64,000 nucleotides of DNA from Vicugna vicugna (Eukaryota), in NCBI GenBank assembly GCA_013265495.1, contig MU058540.1, forward strand, positions 1,699,696-1,763,695, read 5' to 3'. Positions 1 through 13,878 of this stretch are shown one piece after another. The notes below the pieces were generated by a model. It did not search any database. It saw nothing but the letters and a program-made list of their open reading frames with translations, and was not told the origin of the DNA. The position numbers and the translations under genes were made by a program. Each line of letters opens with the position of its first letter. Position 1 is the stretch's first letter.

Positions 1-1654
1 ACCTTGTGGACTCTTCTCCGTGCTCCCTTCCCCCTCCCCTGTCCTCCACTGACATATCTAAGAGATGAAGCCGAAGCTCATTTGAACAGTTTAAACTTGC
101 AGGGGGGCTGCAGCCCCCGGCAGGAACAAAAGGAGGTCACTGGGTCTGGGTCTCTGTTACCAGCTCAGGAATGGCAAGAATTTTCTGACTTCAGTAGTCT
201 GAGGAAGTAGGAACATAAGGAGCGAGATGGCTGTTTTGGTGTCTGAATCCCGCGTGGAGCCTGCATGTGACCCACATTAGCGTCCCCACCCCCATCCCAG
301 TCAGCAGCAGAGTTAGTACCTGAGACCTGTCCGGGCTCAGAGACATGGGAATGCAAGAAGAGACTGGAAGGCTCCCTTGGCAACCTTCACATTCCACGCT
401 ACAGAAGTTCTCACATTGAAAGGCACTGGCTCAACCGCTCATCACCCCTGCACACTATATCTCTTGTACCCATTTGCAGCCTACAGAGGCACACTCAGAA
501 TGTCTCACATCCTTCACTTTGGGTTTTACTTTGCTCACAATACTTGCATAATCTCAAAAGAGCTAGCCCCCCACCTCTGCCCTCCCCTCTTCCCCAGTGC
601 ACAATTAAGGATAACAGGAGACTGGGCTTATGAAATCTGATTTTCAGTAGTTTCAGGAACTACTTAGAGCCCCCTAGCCTTGCCTCCCCAAGCCTGAGAC
701 TGTGAGCCTGCCAGGGGCCCTTAGGACGACTAGGGAGAAGTGGTTCTATGGCTCAGAGAACAGTGAGCCATGGAGCAGTGAAAGGGGAGGCCTGAATTCC
801 TTCTGCCGCCCAAGTGCTGGCGACCCTGGGCAAGTCACCTTACAGCTCTGGGCTCATTCTTCTTAAGCTGGGTGGAAGTGCCCCACAGCTATGAGAATTT
901 GTGGGAAGTGGGAGAAAGCAAGGCTTTCTGATATCTGGAATTCTTGAAACGTGAAATAAAGCTCTTTGTTTCCCACAGGTGCTGATATTAATTGAAAGAA
1001 TGACTCCAGGGAGGTGGAGGAGGAAATTCGGGGAAAGCAGAGAGTGGATGGGTGCAATTTAGGTGTATTTTAAGAGTTTGAGAATGAAGTTTGGTTGAAT
1101 CTTTGTGAAAAAATATTCAGCATGCAGATGGAAACAGCAGCTGGAATGAAGGAGAAAGACTGAGACAAACTGACAAGAACGGTGTCAGGAGTCATGACTG
1201 ATAGATGAAATAGTAAGAATAACACCACACAACACATATCAGGTTCTTACCATGTGCCAAGACCTCAGGGAGCCCTTCACATAGACGTCCATCATTCTCA
1301 CAACAACCCTAAGACAAATGTTTTTACAGCCACTTTACAGATGAGGAGAACTTCAGTTTCCTGTCCAGGGTCACACAGTAAATAAATGGTAAGACAGGGA
1401 CTTGAACCCAGGGAGTCTGACCTCACAGCCCTTGACCAGTCTTTCTCATCACCTCCTGATAAGTGTAGGTGCTGGGGCATACAAGAAAAGCAATGCAGGT
1501 GGAGGACAGACAAATACCTGTACATACTACTTCTACTCTTGGTCAACTGTGACCTAAAATCAGATTTTGAGAAGATGAAGATGTGGGTCAGAAACAAACA
1601 GAACTATCCAGGTGTACCTAGTATGTTGTCAAATAGAGTGGCTCTGCACATGTG

Positions 1655-1870
1655 AATAATAATATTGAGCACTCACTACGTGTCAGGCAATACGCTAAGG
1701 AGCGTCACATATATTATCTAATTTAGTCCTCTCACAAATCCCACAAAGAAGGTATTATAGTGTCCATTTTACAGGAAAGGAAACTGAGGCTCCAAGAGCC
1801 TAAGGGACTTATCCGGCTAGTAGGTCTCAGAGCCCGGAACTCATAGCCAAGCTCTGTGCTTCCAGAGCCA
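1655..1870 (-). mobile_element. MIR SINE (representative copy; many others, e.g. ~1200-1450, 10720-10975, 12465-12590, 18735-18975, 19650-19750, 25205-25450, 43625-43875, 45205-45430, 59320-59720, 61290-61430)
   Basis: MIR core ccattttacag...ggaaactgaggctc and its reverse complement cctcagtttcctcatctgtaaaatgg. Confidence 0.85.
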
Positions 1871-3592
1871 GCTCTAGAGTTGCCTCCTCGGAGCAGTCTT
1901 TACCAACTGTCCCTCAAGAGTCATATTGTGAAACATCTGAATATATCTGGTATGTTTTGTGTAAGGTTATTCTCTTGAATTAGTTTATAGTTGAAACTAG
2001 TATTCGAAGTCAGTGCTTCTGAAAGTTGCTAAAGGGTGATCAGCTGCCTTGAACCAATGCTTAAATTTTCTAAGTGAATATTCAAGTTAATATAGCCCAG
2101 CTAGAATAAAGCAGGGCACCTAGTTTTTGGTCTGCAAGACATGCACAGCTCATTCCTACTACAGCCAGTTGCATGAAGAAGCCTAATTGGTCTAAGGGGA
2201 ATCCCATCTCTGTTACAGCAACTGTTTCAGAGACAGCACGTGACACAAATCCGGCAAATGGGGCACAAGGAGGGGTCAGCTGGAGGCTTCTGGCAACGTT
2301 CTTCCTCAGTCTAGTTCATCACACTCCTTTCAGGAAGAGTCTTTCTCCTGGATTTTGACTTTGTCTTCCCAGGTGGAAGGCTGGCAAGTGTCCATCTTAA
2401 TGCCAGCCTCACTACACAGTCTCAGGGAACCCCTGAAACCCAGCCTCCTGCCTAAGATTCCCAAGCATCGAGCCAATACATTCCTTATCGTTTAAGCGTG
2501 CTCACCTTGGGATGCGTGCAGCTCTCAACTCCAATACAAGCAACATGAAGGCATAAACCATGTCTGTCTCCTTCACTGCTGTGTCCCGAGCCCCGACTAT
2601 AGAATTAAGCAGGAGAGAGAACTCATTATATAGTTGAATGAGTGAGAGAACCGAGAGAACCAATGAATGAACCTAACATCATAGGCTCAGAGAATAATAC
2701 AGCTGGCAAAAAGTTTTAAAATTGTATAATCCAAGTCTCCTCTCTTTTACTCTATGGAGAGGAAAGAAGCAAGAGTTGCCGTAGTTAGAAAGGTTAATAG
2801 TTGGCCCTCTAATTAGGGCAGAGACCTCCTAGCACCCCCAGCGAGGATTTTCAGACTCTGTGAGGCAAGCATCCCAGAGGGGCTTTGATGTCACATCCAG
2901 TCTAAGTTGGAGAACCAGACACCAGGAAAGACTAGGCCCCCAGGCTAAGTAAAACTTTATCAGACGATGATAGAAATGAGGACTCTGTTTTTTAAAAAAT
3001 ACAAATTTTATATTAAGAATTTTTTAAGTACAAAATACCTTTGAATGTTAATGTTTAATGTTGGCTGTTTTTCCTGAACACATTAAAGGAAATACATGGT
3101 TATAACTCTGTGGGCCTTTAGCATGAAGAGCTCCATCTGTATCCTTCTTTGGATAAAGGGCTGAAACTACCCACAGCTGCCTTTGCTGGGGAGACACCTC
3201 TCTAAAAATCCAAAACTGCAAAATGAAAGATAGGAAGCATTGGAAGACTTCAAAATTCCCTTACATTGCATTCAAGAATTGCGTATACTTTTTACAAAAT
3301 ATTTTATTTCCTTTAAAATAAACTTTATTGAGGTATAATTTTCATGAATAAAATTCACCAATTTTAAGCATATATTCTTCAGAGTTTTGACAAATATATG
3401 TACCAAGTAACCACCACCACAGTCAAACAGAATATGCTTCCCTCACACCCAAAAGTTCCCTCGTGCCCATTTGCAGTCAGTACCCATCTCCTTGTTCCAG
3501 GCCCCAGGCAACCAGGGATCTGCTCTCTCTCATTCTAGCTTATTTTTACCTGTTTTCAAACTTCATATAAATGGAGTTATACAATATATAGT

Positions 3593-3971
3593 TGTATTAG
3601 TCAGCTAGGGCTGCCATAAAATACCACAGACTGGGAGGCTTAAACAACAGAAGTTTATTTTCTCACAGTTCTAGAGGCTGGAAGACCAAGATCAAGGTGT
3701 CCACAGGTTTGGTTTCTCCTAAGCCCTCTCTCTTTGACGTGCGGGTGACCACCTTCTCTCTGTGTCCCTACATGGCCTTTCTCTGTGTGGGCACATCTCT
3801 GGTGTCTCTTCCTTTTTATTACAAGGACACCAGTCCTAATGGATTAGGGCCCCACCACCTTTATGACCTCATTTAACCTTAATTACCTCTTTAAAGGCCC
3901 TGTCTGCAAATAAAGTCACATTGGTTAGAGCCTCAATGTACGAACTTGGGGACACAATTCAGTCCATTACA
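3593..3971. mobile_element. MaLR solo LTR (MLT1A-like) nested in L1
   Basis: TG...CA ends and typical MLT1A text (gggctgccataaaataccacagactggg...ggggacacaattcagtccattaca). It interrupts the L1 3'UTR. Confidence 0.85.
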
Positions 3972-6549
3972 GAAGTCTTATGTGTATAACTTCTATGACT
4001 CAGCATAATGTCTGTGTGATTCATCCATTCTGTGGCATTTATCGGTAGTTTTTCCTTTTTATTGCAGAGTATTAGTCCATTCTATGAATATTCCCCAGTT
4101 TGTTTATCCATTTATCTATTGATAGATATTTGGCATATTTCTAGTTTGGAATTTTATGAACAAAGCTCCTATAAATATTCTAGTATGTCTTTTTGTGGAC
4201 GTATGTTTTCATTTCTCCTAGGTAAATACCTAGGAATGGAGTTGCTGGATTATATGGTAAGTATGTTTAATTTTATAAGAAACTGCCAAACATTTCTCCA
4301 AAGTGGTTGTCTCATTTTATATATCCACCAGCAGCGTACAAAAGTTTCAGTTGTTCCACATTCTTACCAACACTTGGTATTGTCAGTCTTTTTTTTTCTT
4401 TAAGCCATTCTGGTAAGGGTGTAGTAGTTTTTCACCGTGGTTTAATTTGCCTCTCCTTGATGACTAATAATGTTGAGCATCTCTTCTTGTGCTTGTTTGT
4501 CACCCAGATGCCTCCTTTGGTGAAGTGTCTTTCAAATCTCTTGCTCATTTTAAAAACTGAATTGCTTTATTATTATTGAGCTGTAAGAGAGTTCTTTGCA
4601 TATTCTGATCATTTATCAGCTATACGTTTTGCAAATATTTTTCTCTGTGACTTTTCATTCTCTTAATAGTGTCTAATAAAGCAGAGATTTTTTTTCCCTT
4701 TTGATTGTCTGATTCATCAATATTTCTTTATGGATTACGCTTCTGCTGTCATGTTGTCTTGAATTTAAAAAGTTTTACTTCTTCCTTTCCAGTATGGATG
4801 CCTATTTTTTTCTTGCCTTATTGCACCAGCTAAAACCTTTAGTACAATGTTGGATAAAGTGGTGAGAGCAGGTATCCCTTACCTTGCTCCTCATCTTAGA
4901 GGAAAAGCATTCAATCTCATCATTAAGTATGTTAGCTATAGGTTTTTCACAGATGCTCTTCATCAGGCTGAAGAACTTCCCTTCTACTACTAGTTTGCTT
5001 AGAGTTTTTAACCAGGAAAGGATGTTGTCATATTGCCAAAATTGTTTTCTGCATCTATTGAGATGATCATACAGTTTTTCTTTCTTACTTTGTTCGTATT
5101 GTGAATTATACAAATGTTAATTCAAACTTGCCTCTCTGGAATAAATCCCATTTAGTCATGATGCACTCTGTCTTTTCATATATTGATTTTTTATTTGCTA
5201 AAATTTTGTTTGGAAATTTTTCATCTATGTTCATGAGGGCTATTGGTCTGTAGTTTTCTTTTCTTATAAATTTGTTTATCTGGTTTTAGTATCAGGGTAA
5301 TACTGGCCTCAGAATGAATTGGAAAGTTTTTCTCTTCTTCAGTTTTCTGAGTTTGTATATAATTGGTATTTTTTTCTCCTTTAAATATTTGCAGAATTTA
5401 CCAGTGAACCCATCTAGGCCTGGAGTTTTCTTTGGGGGAGGTTTTAAGCTACAACTCCAATTTCTTTAACAGATACTGGGCTATTCAGGTTACCACTTCT
5501 TACTGAGTGAGTTTTAATAGTTTGTCCATAGGAATTTGTCCATTGCATCTAAGTTATCTAATGTCATTTATTGTTCGCTGTTGACATCAGCAAAGTTGTT
5601 TGTCATATCCCATTATTGTCCTTTTTTACCTGTAAAATTTGTAGTGAGGTCACCTCTCTCATTACTGATATTGTTAATTTATGTCTCCTCTCTTTTCCTG
5701 TGGCTAAAGGTTTATCAATACTATTGATCTTCTCAGAGAACTACCTTTTGGCTTCACTGATTTTCTTTATTGTTTTTCTGTTTTCCATTTCATTAATTTC
5801 TGCTCTGATCTTTACTCTTTCCTTTCTTCTGCTTACTTTGGGTTTCATTTGCTCTTCTTTTTCTAGTTCCTTATGGTGGAAGCTGAGATTATATTGATTT
5901 GAGACCTTTTAAGTACTAATTTAGTAGTAGCCCGCAAATTTTGGTATGTTGAGTTTTCATTTCATTCCATTCAGAATACATTCTATTTTCCCTTTTGTAT
6001 TTTTCATTTGACCCACGGTTTATTTAGAAGTATGTTATCTAGCTCAAATATTTGGACATTTTCCAAGAATCGTTCTGTTTTTGACCTAATTTAATTCCAT
6101 TGTGATGAGAAGACATATTTTTTATGGCTTGAATCTTTTAAAATTAATTGAGACTTATTCTGTTGTCCAGAATATGGCCTGTTTGGGTATGTGCATTTAA
6201 AAAGAATGTGCATTCTGCTGTTGTTGGATGGCGTGTTCTGTAAATGTCAATCAGGTCAAGTTGACTGATGGTGTTCATCTTCTATACCCTTGATTATTTT
6301 CTGCCTACTTGTATATCAATTATTAAGAGAGAGCACTGAAATCTCCTATTATAATTGTGATCGATTTCTCCTTGCAGTTCTAACAGTTTTTGCTTCACAT
6401 ATTTTGAAACTCTGTTATCAGGTATATAAATTTTTAAAATTAACTCATCTTGATGAGTTGCCTGCTTTATGATTATAAAATGATCTTTATACCTGGCAAC
6501 ATTCTTTGCTCTGAAATTTACTTTGTCTGATGTTACTATAACCACTACA

Positions 6550-6865
6550 TTTCTCTTTTTTCTTTTTCTCACAACTACTTTTAATCTAATAATATATCAG
6601 ACATCTTTCCAAGTCATAGACATCTTTTTTGAGATATAATTGACACATAACATTATATTAGTTTCAGGTGTACAACATATTGATTTGATATACATATATA
6701 TTGCAAAATGATCACCACAATAAGTCTAGGTAACATCCATTACCACACATAGTTACAAATTTTCTTTCTTGTGATAAGAACTTTAAAGATCGACTCTCTT
6801 AGCAACTTTCCAATATGCAGTATTACTCATTGTGGTCACCATGTTGTACATCACAACACCAGGTC
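6550..6865 (-). mobile_element. L1 3' end fragment (L1MA9-like) nested in the older L1
   Basis: T-tract, then gagatataattgacacataacatt...gtttcaggtgtacaacat. The host L1 resumes at ctttcttttgattagtgttagc. Confidence 0.75.
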
Positions 6866-7039
6866 CATCTTTCTTTTGATTAGTGTTAGCATGGTATATC
6901 TTTTCCCACTCTTTTACTTTCTGAGACATCCGTGTCTTTAAAATGTGTTTCTTATATGTACCATATAATTTGGTCTTCCTTTTTTATCCAATCTAACAAT
7001 AGCTGCTATTTAATTAGAGCATTTAGACAATTTATTTTT

Positions 7040-7579
7040 TTTTAACCTCAAAGAAATATGTGAATATTTTGGTTTGGTTTTAATTGTGATAAAATATACA
7101 TAACATAAAAATTACCATCTTAACCAATTTAAGTATACAGTTTAGTAGTGTTAAGTATATTCACATTGTTGTGCAAACTATCTCTAAGAATTTCTCACCT
7201 TGCAAAACTGAAACTCTATACCCATAAAAAATAACTACTCATTTCCCCCTCCCCAATCCCCTGGCAACCACGATTCTACTTTCTGTTTCTTTTCTTTTTG
7301 TGTGTGTGTGTGTGTGTGGATATATATATATATATATTTTTTTTTTTTTAACGAAGTATAGTCAGTTAACAATTTTGTGTCAATTTCTGATGTACAGCAT
7401 AAAGCTTCAGTCATACATGAACATACATATATTCATTTTCATATCCTTTTTCACCTTAAGTTACTATAAGATATTGAATATAGTTTCCTGTGCTATACAG
7501 TATGAACTTGTTTATCTTACTTTCTATTTCTATGAGTTTGGCTACTCTAGTTCCCTCATATAAGTGATATCATACAGTA
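7040..7579 (-). mobile_element. L1 3' end fragment (L1MB-like) nested in the older L1
   Basis: aattgtgataaaatatacataacataaaaattaccatc... Flanked by degenerate duplications tagacaatttattttt (7024) and tagaccatttactttt (7580). Confidence 0.75.
7291..7517 (-). mobile_element. Young lineage-specific L1 3' fragment with (TG)n(TA)n microsatellite tail
   Basis: TSD tactttctgtttct (7277-7290) / tactttctatttct (7518-7531). The sequence matches the L1 3'UTRs at 18195-18260 and 37350-37441. Confidence 0.85.
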
Positions 7580-10500
7580 TAGACCATTTACTTTTAATGT
7601 GATTATTTATAAGGTTAAGTTTAAGTCTATCATTTTCCTATTGTTTTACATTTGTTCCATTTCTTTTTTTTTTCTCTTATGCATTCTTTTGGATTAATTG
7701 AGTATTTTCTAATGATTCCATTTTATTTTGTTGGTTTAGCAGCTTTAATTCTTCATTTTGTTATTTTAGTGGTTGCTTTAAGGTTTATGGTATATATATC
7801 TTAACACAGTCTGCCTTTAATTGATATACAATTTCACATATAAGAACCTTACTATAGAATATGTCTATTTCTCTCCTTCTAGCCTTTAAACTCTTATTGT
7901 CATACTTTTTACTTACACATATGTAATAAACCACACAATACATTATAAATTTTTTTGTTTGTTTGTTTAAGCAATCAGTTATCTTTAAAGAAATATACAG
8001 AGTTTTAAAAAATACTTGTTATTACCCATGTGCTTCCCTTTTCCAGGGCTCTTCATTCCTTTGGGCGGGTCCATGTCTCCATCTGGTATCATTTTCCTTC
8101 TGCCTGAAGGACTTCCTTTAATATTTCTTACAGTGCACTTCTGTGGGCGATGCATTCTGTCAGCTTTTGTATGTGCGAAAAGACCTGCATTGTACCTTCA
8201 TTTCTGGAGATTTTTTCTGAGTAGAGGATTTAGATTTTTTCCTTTCAGGACTTAAAATATTTTGCTCCACTGTCTTCTCCCTTGCACTGTTTCCAGTGAG
8301 AAACCTGCCGCTGTCCTTACATTTGTTTTTCTGTATATGATGTGTCTTTTTTCCCTCTGGCTGCTTCTGAGATGTTCTCTTTAGCACAGGTGTTGAGCAT
8401 CTGGATCACACGTCCGTTGGCATAGTTCTCTTACAGGTTTCTTGTGCTTGGGGCTCATTGAGCTTCCTGGATCTGTGAATTTACAGTTTTCAGCAAACTT
8501 AGAAAAAATTTGGCCATTAATTCTTCAAGTAAATCGTCTGTCCTCCAGCCTCTTTCCAGCGACTCCAGTTATATACATTAGGTTGCTGGAAATTGTCTAA
8601 TAGTGCACTAATGCTCTTTTCATTTCTTAACCTTTTTTTTTCTGTATGCTTTATTTTGAATAATTTCTATCGTTACGTCTTCCTATTTACTAAAATTTTC
8701 TTCTGCAATGTCTAATCTGCTGTTAACCCTAGCCAGTGTGACTTTCATCTCACTCATTTAGTTTTCATCTCTCAAAGTTTGGTTTACATCTTTTTTATAA
8801 CATACATATTTGTGAACATGTGGAATGCAGTTATAATAGCTGGTTTAACATCCTTGGCCACTAATTGCAACATCTGTGTTAGTTCTGGGTCAATTTTGAT
8901 TGACTGATTTTTCTCCTCATTATGGGTCATATTTTGCATACCTGATAATCTTTGTTTACATGCCAGACATTGTGAATTTTACCTTGTTGGGTGCCGGATG
9001 TTTTGGTATTTCTATATTCTTGAGCTTTGTTATGGAAGCTAGTTAGATTACTTGGAAATGGTTTGATCCTTTTGGTCTTACTTTTAAGAGCTGTTAGGTA
9101 GGACCAGAGCCATATTTAGTGTAGGGTTAATGATTCCCCATTACTAAGGTAATACCTTTTTGAATTTCTACCCAATGCCCCATGACTTAGGAAGTTTTCC
9201 AGTCTGGCTGGTGGGAATAGACACTGTTTCTAGCTCTATGTGAACACTAGCGTTTTTTCCTAATCTTTTCAGGTGCTTCTTTCCCCAGCTTTGGATAGTT
9301 TCCTCACCCCCGTGGGTCAGTCATGCTGAATACTTGAGGGAGACCCTCTGTAGATCTCCAGTTCTCTGTGCAGCTCTCTCCTCTCCAGTCCTGCAAATTC
9401 TGGCCACCTTAGCCTCCCCAGACTTTTATCACTGTACTCAGGCAGAGAATTCTCAACTCAGAGAGTTGGCTGAGCTCTGCCTGGGTTTTTCCTTCCAGCG
9501 CAGCATCCTGGACACCCTCATAAGGCAGTAAGCTTGGGCAATTGTAGGGCTTACCTTGTTTTTTTTCCTGTCTCTCAGTAACCATCCTTCATTGCCTGAA
9601 ATGGCCTGAAAACCATCATTTCATGTATTTCTGTCTGTTTGTCTTTTTGGTTGTTTCAGGTGGGAGAGTATATCTAGTCCCTATTACTCTTTGGCTGGAA
9701 GAGAAAGTCTTTCTTTCTCTTCAAATTCTTCCTTATCCTTTCTAAGCAGTGATATGCAAGCAAAAGTTTGGTTAGAAATTCAACTGTCAGTGATTGGGTT
9801 AAATTTTAAATGTTCAATAATAAATCATTGTCATTCTTACTCAAATGAAGACTAGATTCATTTATGAAATTGCATGGAGGCAGATTAAAAATTTTGTAGA
9901 AACGCACAATATAGAAATGTTCTTGAAATGCTTGCTTCATGTGCATCTGCTTTTTAAATTGATTTTAAATTGTTTTATAACTTACAGAAGATGAAAAATA
10001 TGAGATCAATACATCTATAGCAGACACCATGTTTATTGTCACTACTAGAGTCTCCCTGAATGCCTGGCATATAGTAAACACTCAATATTTTTTAAAATGA
10101 TTGAATGAATAGAACACTCTTTGGGTAGAATACTTTCTACTTCACCAAACAATATTAGGTTATTTCAATAACATCTCTATCAATATGCCTCTTCTCCCCA
10201 TTTGGTAAATGAAGGCTCTATTTATCCAGCCTATTCTAGTCTCTTCACAATGTATTCTGCTGCTCCACTTGCTAATACTGTTTTGTCAGATGAAGTTAAC
10301 ACAAATCAGTATGTCTTTCTGTATAAGAGAGGCTAACATTTGGATTTGGGAATCTTAATTGAAGAGGTTTGGTTTATACTCTTGGAAGCATCAGACTTGC
10401 ATAACACTGTGACTAGCTTAATTCTTATGGATTCTTGGGACTCTCGAACCCCATCTCGTGCTCTCCCCACATCTGTTATGCCCTTCAGTGGTCCCGCCAG

Positions 10501-13500
10501 ATCTTGCACACCCTCCAAGCCCAGCCTCAGCCTTCCTTCCTCCAAGATCGCACAGCGATCTCACCCTTTTGCCTGCTTCTTAGAACTTAATTGTCTTTTC
10601 CATTCACTTGGTACTTAATCAACCACACTGCCTTGTCACACCCTTTGTGTTAAATGTGGGAATTCTGTCTCAACCAGCTTGTAACCACGTTTAGCACAGA
10701 GGCCCACATGTGCCTCACATAGTCATAGTAATAATAATAACAGCAATAATCAACATACTATGTGTCAGGCCTTGTTCTAAGAGCTCTTTATGAATGACTT
10801 CATTAATCCTCACCTCACTCTTAGGGAGTGGTGCTGTCATTATCCCACTTTCCAGATGAGGAAGCAGAGCCAGGAGAGTTAGGTCACTTGCCCAGGGTGC
10901 CCAGTAGAGCCAGGGTTCAAATCGAGCACTGCGGTTCCACAGCCTGAGCCCTCCTCATCCACTGTGCTGTGCCGTGGCACTGGGGATGTGGTGGGTCCTG
11001 AATATGTTTCTGTTGAATGAATGACAACATGGAGGAGGGAAATCTCCAGCAGAGGCCCAGTCCTGTTAGTCTCATTGCTTTGATGTCTCCCATCACTAGT
11101 CCTACATCACCTCTGTTGTTTCAGGAGCAAGATCCTGTGTGGTCCAGGAGGAAAAAGAGAGGATAGAAGTGAGTTGCCTACATGCCTCTCCTGCCTTCCT
11201 TCCTTGCAGGTTGGGCAAAGAGCAAGTTGGGACAGTTCTCTCCTGCCACCCCCATCTCTTTGAGCCAGCCAGCAAACTGGAGCAAGGAGAAGCAGAAAGG
11301 GAGGTGTGGAGGGGGGTTGGGTAGCGCCATCCTCAGGATCACTGGTTTCTGAGGCCCAGGCCTCCTGAGGCTCAGTCAACCGGATGTCCCTTGAGCTTGC
11401 CGGAATTTGGCCGGATTTAGAGAGATAAGATCAATCTGACCCTTAATTCCCCAAATGTAATTTATGGGCTTGCCTTCTGTGTGCTGCAACACGTCTGGCT
11501 ATCCGAAATCTGGTAATTATTTATGTAAACACAGCATCCTGCCTTTGTGGATTATAATTGGACTTGAACAGCAAGAAGCGGGACTTACACAGTTGGGACT
11601 GTGCTGAAACCCTCCTTTTGAAAACACTTACCTGAGCCTTTGAAATCTTCCCTGTGGTTCATGGATAGCTTTAACCAGACCAAAAAAAAATTTTTTGGCT
11701 TCCTCCTTCAGCAGGCCTGGGCAAATTTATTTCCAAATACCACCAGGTTTTGTAGGTCCTCTCAGAGAATGGGGTAAAGATATCCCAACCATCTTGGCTG
11801 GACCCAAACCAGGAGGACAGAAGCCCTGGGACATAGGCCTCCACAGATCTCCTTATTGTCTGTTAGAACATGAATTTTATGCCCCCACTAAGAATAAACA
11901 GGATTAGGAATTTAATGCTGTTTAGAAAAGAGGAGAGGTGGCTGGTGAAAGAGAAAGGTCTTTGCTTTTTATTCATGCTGCAAGGTCCCCAGGAACCTTC
12001 GCTGTTCGCTGTTCACTGTTCGTAAGCACACGAGAGCCAGGAGGATTAGGGGAAAGAAAATGAGGTGATTGAACCAGATGGTTCGGGAAGCACTCCCAGG
12101 AGGCCCCTGGGGTGGATGAATCTGCATCTTTAAATAACATTAATTTCTGAAAGGCCCAAATTGTTTCCTAAATTACTGCACTGAACTCTTTGCTTTCATC
12201 TATTTTTATGGCACCTCCTCTCCTGGCCGAAGGCAGGAGCTGCTGCTTTCTGACAAGCCAGCTTTAGGAGAAATTCCTCATCCTCAGTACTTCTGGTGAG
12301 GAGTCAGTTTTCTGAAGGAAAAGAAATTTTTACAAATCCAGGCACTTTGAAAAACGGATTTTGGTGGAAACCACCACCCCTTGGGTGATTGGAACAACCA
12401 CCCCCCCCCCGCAGTTCTAATGCCAGCTAGGACAATCATTTCCTCAGTAGCCGGAGGCAAACCAATTAACCTCAGTTTCCCTATCTGTAAAATGGGGTTA
12501 ATAATGCTTACCTACTGCAGGAGTGCTGTGAGGTTTTAATAGGGTAATGGTTGTAGAGCCCTTTGATGTAGTAAGTTTTATTAACTTCCAAGGGATTCCC
12601 TGAGGCCAGAAAAAGCAGTTAAAACCCAAGAGAGAAGAAAGGCATTGAAAGGCAAAGCTCAGCTAAGCATCTCACCCCCAGTTCTAATTTCAGAAGTCCA
12701 GAGTCCACGGCTCCAGCATGAGTGGAAAGCAGTGTTAGGGCTGGGGGCAGTCTGAATGGCATTTGGGGAGGGAGAGTCCTGACTCTGTCTCAGAAGGAAC
12801 TCGGCTTCCAGATTATGGAAGGTAAAGGTAAACAAATAGCCTCACCTGATCAAACCAAGATCATTCTTCGGCCCCACTAAGTTTCTTTTCTAATAGCCAG
12901 TCTCCAGTAAGGGAATTATTTTGGTGTTAATCCAAGGCCCTTGGAATTGAATTTAGAAACCCCCAGTTTCTGGTTTCCTGCTTCCCAACAATTGAATAAA
13001 GAGAGAAGTCAAGATCTGGCCCCTAGCCATGGTTCCTGACCAGAAAGGTGGCGGTGAAGAGCTTTGCCCAAGGGTCAGAAAATAGGGGCTTTTTCAAGAG
13101 CCATCACTCACAGCTAGGTGCACTGGCCTCAGTCACTGGGCCAGCTCTGTGCCTCAGTCTCCTTTCATAAAAATGATTTTAATCAGACAGCCTTGCCTTA
13201 AGGGCCCAAATAATTAAGATTTGGAATGTGAAAGTGCATTAAAGTTAGAATGTATGCTCAAACTGTTAGCCATTATAATTCAGGACAAACCCCTCCAATT
13301 CCTTCAGTAACTTTAAAAAAAACTCAATTATTTGGATAATTGTCCTCTGAGTCAACTCATTCAGCATAAGAAATCCCATCCTCCTCTCTAACGTCTGATT
13401 TTCTGCCACGTGTTGAGTGCCCAGTCAGGATGATGGGTGTCAGTTGCATGGACATAGCCCAGGTGACCAGCTTGTCACACAGCTGGTGTGCCTGGAACTG

Positions 13501-13771
13501 TCCCAGGTTTAGCACGGAAAGTCTTGGGTAGCCAACCCTGGGATTGGGATGGTCAGTCATCCTACTGGGTACTCAGGCTTGTTAGAAAGTGGGGTTACCA
13601 GTTCCTGACAAGCAGCTGTTGACCCAGTGTGGCATATCATGGGAAGAGGCACAGCTGCATGGCAGAGGAGCACTGGATGGGGAGTCTTACCACCCAGCTC
13701 TCATTCCTGGCTCTGCTATTTATTAACCTCAGATCAGAACTGTGGCCTCAGTTTCCTCACCTGTAAGGAAG

Positions 13772-13878
13772 GTGGTAGAGTGCATACCTAGCATGGACGA
13801 GGTCTGGGGTTCAATCCCCAGTACCTCCATTAAAAATAAATAAACCTAATTACCTCTCCCCACAAAAAATAAAATAAA
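13772..13878 (+). mobile_element. 5'-truncated tRNA-derived SINE (camelid type)
   Basis: gtggtagagtgcatacctagcatg...ggttcaatccccagtacctcc (B box) with an A-rich tail. Homologous to 59884-60063 and inserted in a MIR remnant. Confidence 0.85.

Larger units (their letters stand above)
3312..9710 (-). mobile_element. Old, degenerate, internally deleted LINE-1 (L1M-type) with nested insertions
   Basis: L1 3' end at ~3312 (tttattgaggtataatt). Minus-strand remnants of ORF2 RT (KTLSKLVVEGKFFSLMKSICEKPIANILN, 4802-5113), endonuclease (SDKVNFRAKNVAR...KYVKQKLLELQGEID, 6294-6572) and ORF1-like sequence (~8100-8800), with many stops and frameshifts. Confidence 0.88.

Noticed and set aside
1..3000. Exons of the expected upstream neighbour (TCP11 in human synteny, from memory)
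   Set aside because: No recognisable coding exon or CpG-island promoter is present here. Any such gene lies outside the window.
4032..8387. ORFs within the large L1
   Set aside because: These are fragmented L1 ORF1/ORF2 remnants or their antisense frames, not functional genes.
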